Part shown: one piece after another, positions 48,938 to 59,250 of the stretch
How the letters are laid out: each line of letters starts with the position of its first letter
Position numbering within the stretch: position 1 is the stretch's first letter
Source: Candidatus Dormiibacterota bacterium
GTDB lineage: Bacteria; Chloroflexota; Dormibacteria; Aeolococcales; Aeolococcaceae
Assembly: GCA_963718525.1 (NCBI GenBank)
Contig: OY970355.1
Coordinates: 608,001-672,000 of the forward strand
Direction of reading: 5' to 3'
DNA: 64,000 nucleotides
Notes under the pieces: model-generated
Told to the model about the DNA's origin: nothing
The model's database searches: none
The model's input: only the letters and a program-made list of their open reading frames with translations
Program-made: the position numbers and the translations under genes

Positions 48938-51900
48938 ATGGGGGACGCCAACACTGGTGGGCAGTCGCGCGTCATTCGGTCACGCGCGCGGTCAGCCCCG
49001 AGAGGCAGGACGTCCGCGGCAATCGTCGCGGCATTCATCCTGGCGGCCGGGCTGTCCAGCTTCATCTCCGCCGCTCCCCTCGCACGAGCCTCGAGCCCAC
49101 CACCGCAACCCCCGACTGGATTTACACAGACCTTGGTTGCAAGCGGCTTGCCAAACCCGGTGGTGCTTGCCTTCGCGCCCAACGGCGATCTGTGGGTCGG
49201 ATGCCAGGGAGGTTCGATTCGCGTCCTGCACAACGGGGTACTCGAGCCGACGCCCGTGATCACACTGAACGTGGATTCGACCTCGGAACTCGGCCTGCTC
49301 GGCCTCGCGTTCGATCCGAGCTTCGCCACCGACGGCTATTTCTATGTCTCGTACACCGCGGCGAACAAGTTCACCAGGCTGTCTCGGTTCACAGCCGTCT
49401 CCGGGGTCGCCAGCGTGTCGAGCGAGAAGGTGTATGTCCAGGGGGCCCAGCAGCAGACCAACTTCGGCCCCGGTAACGACGTGATGGTGGGACCGAACGG
49501 AAAACTCTGGTGGTCGGTGGGCGGCAACCCATACCCGTGGGGGAACGCCCAGACACTCACCAACATCTACGGCAAGATCATCCGCCTCAATCTGGACGGC
49601 ACGGTGCCGGCGGATAACCCGTTCCTGGATGTCGTCGGCGCGGTCCCGGGTATCTACGCGTGGGGGCTTCGAAATCCCTTCCGCTTCACCTTCCTACCCG
49701 ACGGCAGGATGATGACCGCGGACACGGGGTCTAGCTTCTGGGAAGAGATGGACCGGATTCAGCCGGGGGCCAACTACGGATGGCCGGTGGTCGAAGGCAA
49801 CTGCGGCAGCTGCGGATACGTCAATCCCGTGTACGCGTACGGGCATCTGCCCACCGACGCCGCTGAGTCCGCGATCCTCGCGTACAACGGCGCCGGAACC
49901 AGTCATCCACTTCCGAGCAGCTACGACCACACGGTCTTCTTCGGCGACTACAACCGCCAGGACATCGAAGCCGTGACGTTCGACCCCACCTACCAGACCG
50001 AGACGTCCGATAGCGTCTTCGATACCAACGCCGGCACAATCTCGGACCTCATCGAGGGTCCCGACGGCAGTCTGTACTACCCAGCGATCTACGAAGGCGA
50101 GGTATGGAAGATCAGCGCCTCGGGTCCTTTCACGCCGACGGCTTCGGCCGCGGCGAGTCCCAACGGCGGCCTGGCACCCATCTCCGTGCAGTTCTCATCG
50201 GCGGGCTCGGCCGATCCGTACGGTGCGACCCTCAGCTATTCCTGGAACTTCGGTGATGGATCGCCGGTCGTCCTCGTAGCCAACCCCACGCACACATACA
50301 CCGCCAACGGCACGTTTACGGCAACGCTGACGGTCAGCAACGGAACCTCCATCGCCGTCGCCACGACCAACGTCGTTGTCGGCCGGATGCCACCATCGGC
50401 GAGCATTGCGACGCCCGTAACAGGCTCGACATACAACGCAGGGAGCACCGTCGCGTTCAGCGGCACCGCAACGGATCCGGTTGATGGGACTCTGCCGGCG
50501 AGCGACTACGCATGGCAGGTGGACTTTTACAAGAACGGCGTTGCCCAGCCCTTCTACAACGCCGAGGTGCCGCATCCCTTCCTCGGACCACTGAGCGGCG
50601 AGACCAGTGGCTCCTTTGTCATCCCAGACGACGTATCCCAGGTACCAGGCTCGTTCTACCGCATCACGCTCACCGTGGTGAACTCGGCGGGCATCCCCAC
50701 GGTGGTGACGCGGGACATCCATCCGAACCTCACCAGCTGGACGGCCACCTCGAGCGTTGCAGGGGCCGGTTTCTTTGTCGACGGCATGTGGCAGACAGGA
50801 CCGGACAGCGTCACTGACGTCGTTGGCGTGCCGCACGTCCTCACGGGTTTGGGCTCGGCGCAGATCGTTGCTGGGCAGCGATACCGCTTCACGGGCTGGA
50901 CGGATGGCAGCGCGCTGAACGACGAGTTCACGAGCACTTCGGGCACCGCCACCTATTCGGCCGACTTCGATCCGGTGTCGAGCGCGCTGCCCTCAGGATG
51001 GACCTCCGCCGATGTCGGTGCTCCCTTGATGCCAGGTGAGACCGACTACTCGACGGCAACGTCATCGTTCTATTCGGACGGTGGAGGAATCGATATCGCC
51101 AATATCGGCGCCGCCGAGCAGTTCCACTTCACATATCAGACGCTGAATGGCGACGGCACCATCATCGCCCGCGTTAGGTACCAGACCGATTCGGACCCAT
51201 ACGCGAAGGCGGGTTTGATGATCAAGCAGTCCACAACCGCCGGCTCGCCGGAGGTGGCGTCGTTGATGACGCCGGACGTGAGCCCGAACACGCCCAACAT
51301 CAACGGTATCGGCTGCACACTGACCGACCCGGGCGCTGGATGCGATGCGCCGCTGGACCCGGTCACGCCGATGGTCGGACACGGCATTCGCTTCCAGGCC
51401 AGCAATGGCGCTGACGATGCGATCACGTCGCCGGCGACCCTTGCCGGTTTCACCGATCCCAACAAGTGGCTGAAGCTGCAGCGTGTGGGAAACACGTTTA
51501 CTTCATGGTTCTCGACCAATGGCGGCGCCTGGCAGTTGATCGGATCGACTACGGTGTCGATGAGCGGCCCCGTGCTGATCGGTGTCTTCGAGGACGGGCA
51601 TCAGAACCACCAGGTCACCACCGCCGTTTTCGACAATGTCCGGGTCATCCCTTCCAACGGCCCACCGCCTCCGGAGTGCCCCAGCGGGTGGACGTGCCAA
51701 GACATCGGCACCCCGGTGCTGTCGGGCAATGCCTCGGTGAGTGGCGGCGTCTGGACGATACAGGGCGCGGGCGATGACATTCACGGCACCGCCGACCAGT
51801 TTCAGTTCGACGATGAGGCGCTCGCGGGTAATGGCACGATCAGTGCCGAGGTCGAGACGCAGGGAGACACCAACGCTTGGGCGAAAGCCGGAGTGATGCT

Positions 51901-52234
51901 GCGCACAAGCACCGCGCCGGGCGCGATCGACTACGCGCTGTTGGTGAGTCCTGGTAAGGGCATTGTGGTCGAGGGCCGGACGACGACGGGGGGCAACAAC
52001 AACCGAATTGGTTCCACCGTTGCGTATAGCGGGCTGCCGGTGTTCCTCGAGGTGCAACGAAATGGGAGCACGTTCTCGGCGTATACCTCGACGAATGGGA
52101 CAACGTGGACGCTGGTCCCGGGATCGACGGTGACGGTAACGGTCACCGGGGGCATGCTGGAAGGGCTGGCGGTGACCTCGCATGATGCGGCCGCCCTCTC
52201 CACAGTGACCATGGGCTCGGTCGTCCCAAGCTGA
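48938..52234 (+). CDS. Secreted PQQ-dependent glucose/sorbosone dehydrogenase-like protein with PKD, Ig and two concanavalin-like repeats
   Basis: ELGLLGLAFDPSF, GLRNPFR, GANYGWP; PKD YSWNFGDG; C-terminal repeats as in the neighbouring gene. Confidence 0.85.
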   Translation: MGDANTGGQSRVIRSRARSAPRGRTSAAIVAAFILAAGLSSFISAAPLARASSPPPQPPTGFTQTLVASGLPNPVVLAFAPNGDLWVGCQGGSIRVLHNGVLEPTPVITLNVDSTSELGLLGLAFDPSFATDGYFYVSYTAANKFTRLSRFTAVSGVASVSSEKVYVQGAQQQTNFGPGNDVMVGPNGKLWWSVGGNPYPWGNAQTLTNIYGKIIRLNLDGTVPADNPFLDVVGAVPGIYAWGLRNPFRFTFLPDGRMMTADTGSSFWEEMDRIQPGANYGWPVVEGNCGSCGYVNPVYAYGHLPTDAAESAILAYNGAGTSHPLPSSYDHTVFFGDYNRQDIEAVTFDPTYQTETSDSVFDTNAGTISDLIEGPDGSLYYPAIYEGEVWKISASGPFTPTASAAASPNGGLAPISVQFSSAGSADPYGATLSYSWNFGDGSPVVLVANPTHTYTANGTFTATLTVSNGTSIAVATTNVVVGRMPPSASIATPVTGSTYNAGSTVAFSGTATDPVDGTLPASDYAWQVDFYKNGVAQPFYNAEVPHPFLGPLSGETSGSFVIPDDVSQVPGSFYRITLTVVNSAGIPTVVTRDIHPNLTSWTATSSVAGAGFFVDGMWQTGPDSVTDVVGVPHVLTGLGSAQIVAGQRYRFTGWTDGSALNDEFTSTSGTATYSADFDPVSSALPSGWTSADVGAPLMPGETDYSTATSSFYSDGGGIDIANIGAAEQFHFTYQTLNGDGTIIARVRYQTDSDPYAKAGLMIKQSTTAGSPEVASLMTPDVSPNTPNINGIGCTLTDPGAGCDAPLDPVTPMVGHGIRFQASNGADDAITSPATLAGFTDPNKWLKLQRVGNTFTSWFSTNGGAWQLIGSTTVSMSGPVLIGVFEDGHQNHQVTTAVFDNVRVIPSNGPPPPECPSGWTCQDIGTPVLSGNASVSGGVWTIQGAGDDIHGTADQFQFDDEALAGNGTISAEVETQGDTNAWAKAGVMLRTSTAPGAIDYALLVSPGKGIVVEGRTTTGGNNNRIGSTVAYSGLPVFLEVQRNGSTFSAYTSTNGTTWTLVPGSTVTVTVTGGMLEGLAVTSHDAAALSTVTMGSVVPS

Positions 52235-52720
52235 CCCTGGCTGGGCAACCAGGGGGGACGACGACAACTCGTCGAGGCTGGCCACGTGCAGCTGCACTCA
52301 TCGAGAAGGTCTTTTTCAGGTCGGTTGGAGAGTCCTCTGGGCCGCGTCCGGACATTGACCAATACGAAATTATTCGTTCTGGTCGCGGCGCCGGATGTTG
52401 GCGGTTCGCCTTCATCGCATCCGTCAACTCCATTTCCTCGATCATCAGCATCGGGTGGTTTCGGCTCTCGCCAATCTCGAAACGCCTCATCCGTTGGCAA
52501 GTTATGATCGGGGAGAGTCTGAGGAGGACGATGTGTACGGGTCGTGGTTAGTCGATCGCGCTGCCGCTCCCCAACGCTGCCTCAGGCCCCGAAGCACTCT
52601 TGGCTCACGACCTGCAACCCGGCGCGGCCATCCGGGGACCTGAGGTGGGCATCACCGCCTGGCTGACATCGTCTCCCAACCAACTGCTTGGGTTTTGCTA
52701 TTGCGAAGGAACACCGCGGC

Positions 52721-53866
52721 GTGGTTCATAGAGCCCGACTCCTGGTCGTCGACGACACACCGGAGAACGCGCATCTCCTCGAAGCCCTGCTGTCCCCGCA
52801 GGGATATTCGGTAGCTCTAGCCTTTTCCGGCGTCGACGGTCTGGAGAAAGTCCGCACCGACCAACCTGACGTCGTCTTACTCGACATTCTGATGCCGGAT
52901 GTCACCGGCTACGAGGTGTGTCGCCGTATCCGGGCCAATCCCTTGACGCGCCTGCTCCCAGTGGTGATGTTGACCTCGAGTGGTGACCAGGACAAGGTCA
53001 ACTCGATCGAGGCTGGCGCCGACGACTTCATCGCTCGACCGTTCGATCCGCGGGAGCTGCTCAGCCGGGTACGGTCGCTCTTGCGCATCAAAGAATATCA
53101 GGACGCTGTCCAAGCTCAAGCCGCGCAACTCGCCGAGTGGAACCAGACCCTTGAGCAACACTTTCAGAGCCAGCTCGAACAGCTCGAGGAACTCGATCGA
53201 CTGCGCCGCGTCTTCTCGCCGCCCATACAACCGATTCATCCCGTCCGACATATCCCAGGCGCGCGTCAGGGCTCGGGACTAGATGGAAGATTCCATCGCG
53301 AAGGCGAATACTGGACCGCCGAGTACGAAGGGAGGGTCCTGCGCCTACGAGACGGCAAAGGGATGCGTGTCCTTGCTCGACTGCTCGCTGACCCGGGGCG
53401 TCCGTTTGCCGCGCTGGATCTCGAGCGGCTCGGCCTGCCAGCGGAGACGTCTACAGCCCGTGCGCTTGCGTCGAGCAATGCCGGCGAACTCCTCGATAAC
53501 GATGCGCGTCGCGCCTACCGGGTGCGTGTCGCGGAGTTGGGCGAGCAAATCGAGGCAGCGGAGACAGAAGGCAGGTCAGATGAAGCGGGTCTCCTTCGCG
53601 AGGAGATGGATTTCATCATCCGTGAGCTCAGCCGGGCTTTCGGTCTGGGGGGAAAGTCGCGCCGCGCGGGATCGATCGCCGAGCGGGCGCGCTTGAATGT
53701 GATGCGCGCGGTGAGGTCGGCGATGGACCGCATTTCCATTGCCGACGCTGCGCTGGGAGCTCATTTGAAGGCGACGATTCACACGGGCACTGTGTGCGTA
53801 TACACGCCCGATCCTCGGGCACTTATCGCCTGGGACGTAAAGAGCGGCGCCGGTCAACGCGGCTAA
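52721..53866 (+). CDS. Response regulator with an atypical C-terminal output domain
   Basis: VVDD..LLDILMP REC domain, coiled coil, then FHREGEYW..LRDGKG..GLGGKSRRAGSIAERAR..IHTG. Confidence 0.8.
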   Translation: MVHRARLLVVDDTPENAHLLEALLSPQGYSVALAFSGVDGLEKVRTDQPDVVLLDILMPDVTGYEVCRRIRANPLTRLLPVVMLTSSGDQDKVNSIEAGADDFIARPFDPRELLSRVRSLLRIKEYQDAVQAQAAQLAEWNQTLEQHFQSQLEQLEELDRLRRVFSPPIQPIHPVRHIPGARQGSGLDGRFHREGEYWTAEYEGRVLRLRDGKGMRVLARLLADPGRPFAALDLERLGLPAETSTARALASSNAGELLDNDARRAYRVRVAELGEQIEAAETEGRSDEAGLLREEMDFIIRELSRAFGLGGKSRRAGSIAERARLNVMRAVRSAMDRISIADAALGAHLKATIHTGTVCVYTPDPRALIAWDVKSGAGQRG

Positions 53867-54013
53867 ACATCGTTCCCTGCAACGAACGTCGTGTGTCGGC
53901 GACGCCGATCAGAAGCGGCGACGGTCACCTGGGGGCCAGTCTCCTCGCCTGATGCTGGGCGTACGCGAGGGTAGCAACACGCGTTTGAAGATGGTCACTC
54001 GCGCATAAAGGCG

Positions 54014-56092
54014 TCAGCGCCGCATTGCCGTGTGCTCTGCAGTGGGCGGTCCATGAGCGATCTTCTCCGGGCGGTTGCAGTACGAAAGCACCTCAGCCGG
54101 AAACGTCTTGACGTCGATAGGTTTGACGATTACACCCGCAAAGCCAGTGCGCGCGAATCGCTCCCGATCGATCGCCATCACCGATGCTGTCACCGCAACC
54201 ACCGTCGTGCCGGCCGTGGCCGGATCGGCTTTCAGGTGTTCGAGCGCAGTGACGCCGCTCATGCGTGGAAGCTCGATGTCCATGAGAATGATGTCGGGAG
54301 TCGCCCTCACCGCGATTTCGAGTCCACGTTCGGCGTCGACTGCTTCGAGTGTGCGGAAGCCGTAATACCGTAGGAGGTCGCGGGTGAGCGTGAGGTTCTT
54401 CTCGTTGTCCTCGACAATCAGAACCAGCTGACCGGTCGCGCGGGTGGTCACGAGAGCGCTGGCTCCGCTGTCAGAAGCTCGCTCCCAGATGGCTGGATCT
54501 ACCGTTTCGGTGCCCTGATTACCGGTGCTGGATCGACGGGAGCGCGGCAACGTGAACGTAAAAGTGCTGCCCTGCCCGAGTGCGCTCTCCACAGTGAGCC
54601 GTCCGCCGTGCAGCTCGACGAAACGCCGTGACAATGGGAGTCCCAAACCCGTGCCTTCATGCGTGCGGGATCTGCCAACCTGTTCGAAGTCCTCGAATAT
54701 CCGTGCCTGATCCGCGAGTTCGATGCCGACGCCATTGTCGCGTACGGTGATCACAATCGCATCGCCGTAGTGCTGTGCGACGACTTCGATGTGCCCGCCT
54801 CGGTCGGTGAAGTTCAGCGCGTTCGAGAGCAGGTTGAAGAGCACCTGCTTCAAGAGTCGCTCGTCTGCCTCGATGAGGCCAACACTCGGGTCCACCTCGA
54901 GCCGCAGCGTGATGCCCTGCCTCGTGGCTCTCTCGCGCAGGAGCGCCATCGAACTCTGCAGCATGTCGTCCAAAGCGAAGGTGCTGACCTGCAGCTGCAT
55001 CCGCCCCGCCTCGATCTTGGACAGATCGAGGACGTCGTTGATGAGCGTCAACAGATGCCAACCCGACGTCTGGATGGCGGTCACATATTGCATCTGCTTC
55101 TCGTTGAGATCGCCGGCCATCTGCTCGTGCAGAATGTCGGAGAAGCCGATCACTGCATTGAGCGGCGTACGTAGCTCGTGCGACATATTGGCGAGGAACT
55201 CAGACTTGTGCCGGCTGGCCTCTTCAAGCGCCTGATACAGGCGCCCCAGCTCGTCGTTCATTCGATTCAGGTTTGCCGCCAGCTCCCCAAGCTCGTCGCG
55301 GTTAGGCACGTCGACGTGCCCCGAGAAGTCGCCGGAGGCGATCGCCGCCAGCTTCGTGTTCACCTTCCGGATTGGCCCGAGGAGCACTCTTGAGAGAACA
55401 ACAGCGAGGAGCGCAGCCAGCACAGCACTCGCGACCGCAACGCCGATGAAGAGTTGCTGCGAGCCGACAAACGAGGCCTGGTTCTGCGCCGGGAGTTCTC
55501 TCGACAGCGCTTGAGTATCGCTCACCAATGTGTCGGTGTGGGCAGTCAAGACGGCGCTCTCACTTATCTCGGAGGCATTGTTCTCGTAGGTTCCATTCAA
55601 ATCGCCGAAGACCAGGTTCGAGATCCCAAGCGAGATCGCACCGTATTCGGAGTTGATGTCGCCCAGGAGGCGCAGTTCGCTGGACGGGGGCGTGAAACCG
55701 AGCTCGCCTAGCTGTGTTTTCGGCTCCATTAACTCAAGTGTTGATGCGATCTCCCCGTCATCCTCGGCGAGTTGAGGGAGCGAAGCGTTCTCACTCGATG
55801 CTGCACAGTTTGCGTTGAGGAAACATGCAGTGATGAGCTCGCTCCGGCCCTGCAACTCGATGCCGAGCTGCACGCTGTCGACCTCGAGCTGCTGGTATGC
55901 GGCCAGGCGTTGTGGCAGTTGACTGAGCGTGTTGGCACGGCTGTTCGACTGACTCATGACGCCCAGACCCAAGGCGCCGACGGTGATGAGCAAGATGACA
56001 ATGACCGCAAAGGCAAACAGAAGTTTGCGTTGCACGGAGGTGGAAATGCGCGCGACGGCGCGTACCAGCACGTTGTCAGCGAGCGCAGTCAC
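54014..56092 (-). CDS. Membrane hybrid histidine kinase (2TM-HAMP-HisKA-HATPase-REC)
   Basis: FLANMSHELRTPLN, NLLSNA, GTGLGL, C-terminal REC (ILMDIELP). Confidence 0.94.
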   Translation of the reverse strand: MTALADNVLVRAVARISTSVQRKLLFAFAVIVILLITVGALGLGVMSQSNSRANTLSQLPQRLAAYQQLEVDSVQLGIELQGRSELITACFLNANCAASSENASLPQLAEDDGEIASTLELMEPKTQLGELGFTPPSSELRLLGDINSEYGAISLGISNLVFGDLNGTYENNASEISESAVLTAHTDTLVSDTQALSRELPAQNQASFVGSQQLFIGVAVASAVLAALLAVVLSRVLLGPIRKVNTKLAAIASGDFSGHVDVPNRDELGELAANLNRMNDELGRLYQALEEASRHKSEFLANMSHELRTPLNAVIGFSDILHEQMAGDLNEKQMQYVTAIQTSGWHLLTLINDVLDLSKIEAGRMQLQVSTFALDDMLQSSMALLRERATRQGITLRLEVDPSVGLIEADERLLKQVLFNLLSNALNFTDRGGHIEVVAQHYGDAIVITVRDNGVGIELADQARIFEDFEQVGRSRTHEGTGLGLPLSRRFVELHGGRLTVESALGQGSTFTFTLPRSRRSSTGNQGTETVDPAIWERASDSGASALVTTRATGQLVLIVEDNEKNLTLTRDLLRYYGFRTLEAVDAERGLEIAVRATPDIILMDIELPRMSGVTALEHLKADPATAGTTVVAVTASVMAIDRERFARTGFAGVIVKPIDVKTFPAEVLSYCNRPEKIAHGPPTAEHTAMRR

Positions 56093-56158
56093 AACTTCAC
56101 CGCCGGCATCCTCCCTCGGAGCGCCTCCGCTGTGGAGTTGGCAACAGGTTGGTCGCGC

Positions 56159-57991
56159 TTAGGACCAACGCCAGTTCTCCGGGTAGATTTGCAAAATCGG
56201 ATCCTGGGGGAATGTGCCTTGTAGGTCCTTATTGACCATGGAGAGCTGCCCGTACGCGACCGGAAGCCAGATGACCGGCAGTCGCTTCGCGATGTAGTCC
56301 TCGTACGTGTACAAGGCCGACACGTTGCTACTGAATTCGGTGGCCAGGATGTCGCTCTCGGCCTGCTGGTCGCAGTAACCGCCGCTGTCAGCTCCGGCAA
56401 CCATTTGGTTGTTGGCGGGTCCGGTGCACGCCCAGAGTTCATCGCCGGTTGGGTAGTAATCAGGTGCGTAGAACCAGCCAGCGCCCCAGAACTCCATGTC
56501 CCAGGTGCATGAGGCTCCCCCGCACGGGACCGCGCTCGCAATGACGGTGTTGAACGGCGCAGTGCTCAGTTTGATCTGAATGCCAGCCAGCGCGAAGTCC
56601 GTCTTGAACTGGGCCATCTCCTGGTCGAGAGCTGGCGTCCCGCTGATGTACTGAAGGCTGAACGAGGCCTTGGCTCCCATGGGGACGCCGGCGCCGCACT
56701 GGCCGGTGCCGGTGCCCGGACTGGTGCACGTGCTGACTCCCCCGGCGTTGACCGTCCACCCGTTCGCCTGGAGCAGCGACACGGCCTTGCTCGGGCTGTA
56801 TGGGTACGGGTTGCTCCGCTCGAACGAATCGACGAAGGGCGAGGACGGCTTGGTCGGGACCGGGCCGTAGGTGGGATAGCCGTAGCCGAAGAATGCCTTA
56901 CTGATGAGGGTGTTCTGGTCGACCAGATCCTGCATAGCTTGCCGGAAATACAACTGGCTGAAGATTGGCCCGCTGGTTAGGTTGCTGAAGTTCTCCGGAA
57001 TGTAGGTGATCTGCCAAGCCGTCCACGGTTGGAAGCTGTAGATGCCATTCAGGGAGGCTCTTTGCAGGACGTCGCCGTCGGGAATGTATCCGTAGTCGAT
57101 CGTGGTGTCGGCAACCGAGGTTGCCGCCTTGAGCTGGTTGAACTCGGCGGTGTCCTCGGTGAACGGCACCTCGTTGAACTGGGTCAGAGTCGGCTTGACC
57201 GGTCCGCCGTAGCCGGGGTTCGGTACCATCGAGACGTTGCCGGCGGTGTCCATCGACTTCAGTCTCCACGGGCCCGAGACCACCTGCCAGAGCGGGTTCG
57301 TGTCGTAGGTCGCGATGGACTTCAACTCAAAATCGAGGAGCTTGTAGACCGCCACCGCGCCGGCGGTGGTTTCGTCGTAGTTACCGACCGCGCCCGTCGG
57401 CAACTCCTTGTCCCAGACGTGCTGGGGGAGCGGGGTGATCTGGCTCAGCTCGTTGTATGTGAAGAAGTACGAGCCGTAGGCCTGGGTGAGGTTGAAGGTG
57501 ATCTGCAGCGGGTTAGCCGGGTTGATCGTCGTGCTGCTCACGTTGTCTGGATAGTCGCCCGGCGAGTAGCCCGCCCAGTTGTTCTTGTTGGCAGTGACCA
57601 GGTTCTGCCAGAACTGGATGTCACGCGCGGTGATCTGGGTCCCGTCCGACCACTTCCATCCCTTGAGTGTGACGGTGACCGTCTTGCCTTCCGAGGAGTA
57701 GATGGGCGAATCGGCAAGGCTGAGGCTAGTGTTCAACTTGACCTGGCCGTTGGTGCCGAACCAGTAGAGCGGCCGGTACATCAGGTACTGGAACTGGCTC
57801 AAGGTCCCGGTATTGAAGTCCTGGTAGCGCACAAGGGGGAAGATGTAGTTCGGTTGCGCCCCCGGTGTCTCCGCGAAGGTAGCCGTGGTCTTCTTGACCA
57901 TCGGACCCGTGGGGGCACCGCTGCCGCATGCCGCGAGCAGAATCGCCCCCAAAGCGACCACCGTGGGCCATCCCCTGGCCGTCTTGGCCAT
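56159..57991 (-). CDS. Family 5 (peptide/nickel) solute-binding lipoprotein with no adjacent permease
   Basis: Lipobox LLAAC; WKWSDGTQITARD, VSGPW, FRQAMQDLVD. Confidence 0.88.
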   Translation of the reverse strand: MAKTARGWPTVVALGAILLAACGSGAPTGPMVKKTTATFAETPGAQPNYIFPLVRYQDFNTGTLSQFQYLMYRPLYWFGTNGQVKLNTSLSLADSPIYSSEGKTVTVTLKGWKWSDGTQITARDIQFWQNLVTANKNNWAGYSPGDYPDNVSSTTINPANPLQITFNLTQAYGSYFFTYNELSQITPLPQHVWDKELPTGAVGNYDETTAGAVAVYKLLDFELKSIATYDTNPLWQVVSGPWRLKSMDTAGNVSMVPNPGYGGPVKPTLTQFNEVPFTEDTAEFNQLKAATSVADTTIDYGYIPDGDVLQRASLNGIYSFQPWTAWQITYIPENFSNLTSGPIFSQLYFRQAMQDLVDQNTLISKAFFGYGYPTYGPVPTKPSSPFVDSFERSNPYPYSPSKAVSLLQANGWTVNAGGVSTCTSPGTGTGQCGAGVPMGAKASFSLQYISGTPALDQEMAQFKTDFALAGIQIKLSTAPFNTVIASAVPCGGASCTWDMEFWGAGWFYAPDYYPTGDELWACTGPANNQMVAGADSGGYCDQQAESDILATEFSSNVSALYTYEDYIAKRLPVIWLPVAYGQLSMVNKDLQGTFPQDPILQIYPENWRWS

Positions 57992-58166
57992 CGTCACGGA
58001 AGGAATATACCGAGACCCCAGACCTCCTGCAGCGCTCAATCATCAGCCATCACCTCACCTGTCACACCAGTGATGCGTTAGCACTAGGTCCGATTCCCGC
58101 GCCGTGCCCCGTACGGGCCGCTCCTTGCCTTGTGACGACGGAGCACGGCGCGGACCGCGATGGTCG

Positions 58167-59141
58167 CTAGCCCTCGATGTTGACCACGAAGCCGTGGAAG
58201 TAAGCGGTGGGGCTTTCGATGTACAAACCCACCACGACGTCACCGTTTGGGCTGATGTTCTTGATAAACGTTCCGTCGCCGGCACCCGTACCCGCATGCG
58301 GGTCGTCAAGGGGCGTGAACTGCCAGTCGCGCAGGAGCCACCCACGCGTCACGCCGCTACTGTTGATGATGGTGCCGTCGATGCTTCCGCTGTTCGAGAT
58401 CGCGCTCGGCGTCGTGCCCTGTCCGGCGCCGCTGCCGGCTCCCGGAGCGTTGATGGTCGTGAAATTCCCTGACGTGTCAACGAAGCCGTAGCTGACGTTG
58501 TGATTGTCGATATACTCTCCGACGATTACTCCCGCGTCGTTCTCACCGGTTAGGATCGTGCCCTGGCCGCTGCCGACGCCGGCGTGAGGCGCATTCACCG
58601 TAGTGAAGACGCCACCGTTGTCCACGAAGCCGTGGTTGACGTTGTGGCTGTCGAGGTACTGGCCGACAACCACGCCCTCGTCGTTGATACCCTCAGGAAT
58701 CGTCCCGGCGCCGCCCGAGCCCACCTTCGGGTCGTTGATGACGCTGAAGGCGCCTCCGGGCCTTCGCACGAAGCCGTGCCAGATCCCGTTGGCGTCGATG
58801 TATGCGCCGGCGACGGTGTCCGCGTTGTTGATGCCGGACGGGAACGTAACCCCGGACGCCCCCGGGTAGTCGAACTTGACGACACATCCTCCGGACGTGA
58901 CGTAGCCATGATAGCCACCCCCGGCGTCCAGATACGTACCCGTCATGACCCCGGCGTCATTAACGCCGTTGACGTAGCTCCCGAACTTTCCGACGTTAAC
59001 GGTGAGGTATTGCAGCAACCTATGTGCTGCCTGAGCCGGCAACGACGACGAGGCCGTGAGGGCGACTGCAGCACTCGCTGCCGCTGCCGCTACAACAAAC
59101 GTCTTACGCTTGCCGTTGTTGACATCAGTCTGACCTGACAT
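58167..59141 (-). CDS. Secreted repeat protein (HAF-like GIN..G..HGF repeats)
   Basis: Five to six repeats of G[IV]ND.G..VG.Y.D....HGF; signal peptide. Confidence 0.75.
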   Translation of the reverse strand: MSGQTDVNNGKRKTFVVAAAAASAAVALTASSSLPAQAAHRLLQYLTVNVGKFGSYVNGVNDAGVMTGTYLDAGGGYHGYVTSGGCVVKFDYPGASGVTFPSGINNADTVAGAYIDANGIWHGFVRRPGGAFSVINDPKVGSGGAGTIPEGINDEGVVVGQYLDSHNVNHGFVDNGGVFTTVNAPHAGVGSGQGTILTGENDAGVIVGEYIDNHNVSYGFVDTSGNFTTINAPGAGSGAGQGTTPSAISNSGSIDGTIINSSGVTRGWLLRDWQFTPLDDPHAGTGAGDGTFIKNISPNGDVVVGLYIESPTAYFHGFVVNIEG

Positions 59142-59225
59142 GACCACACCTCGCTGCGGGCTGGTCGTTAGTGTGACGGCCGAGTTGCCCGCGTCCACTT
59201 GGTCAGGCGGTCACCCGAGGTGCAC

Positions 59226-59250
59226 GCATGTTCATACGCATTGAACATGC
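59226..59250. promoter_or_regulatory. 9-bp inverted repeat upstream of the repeat-protein gene
   Basis: GCATGTTCA-N7-TGAACATGC. Confidence 0.5.

Noticed and set aside
52240-52700. Lower-GC intergenic stretch as an IS fragment or ncRNA
   Set aside because: No terminal repeats, transposase motif or recognisable RNA structure; the same applies to 45540-46120.
3318-58081. Many long overlapping ORFs (e.g. 3318-4175, 11377-12327, 17258-18223, 28942-29898, 32365-33399, 57029-58081)
   Set aside because: They lie antisense to well-supported genes, the typical artefact of GC-rich codon bias.
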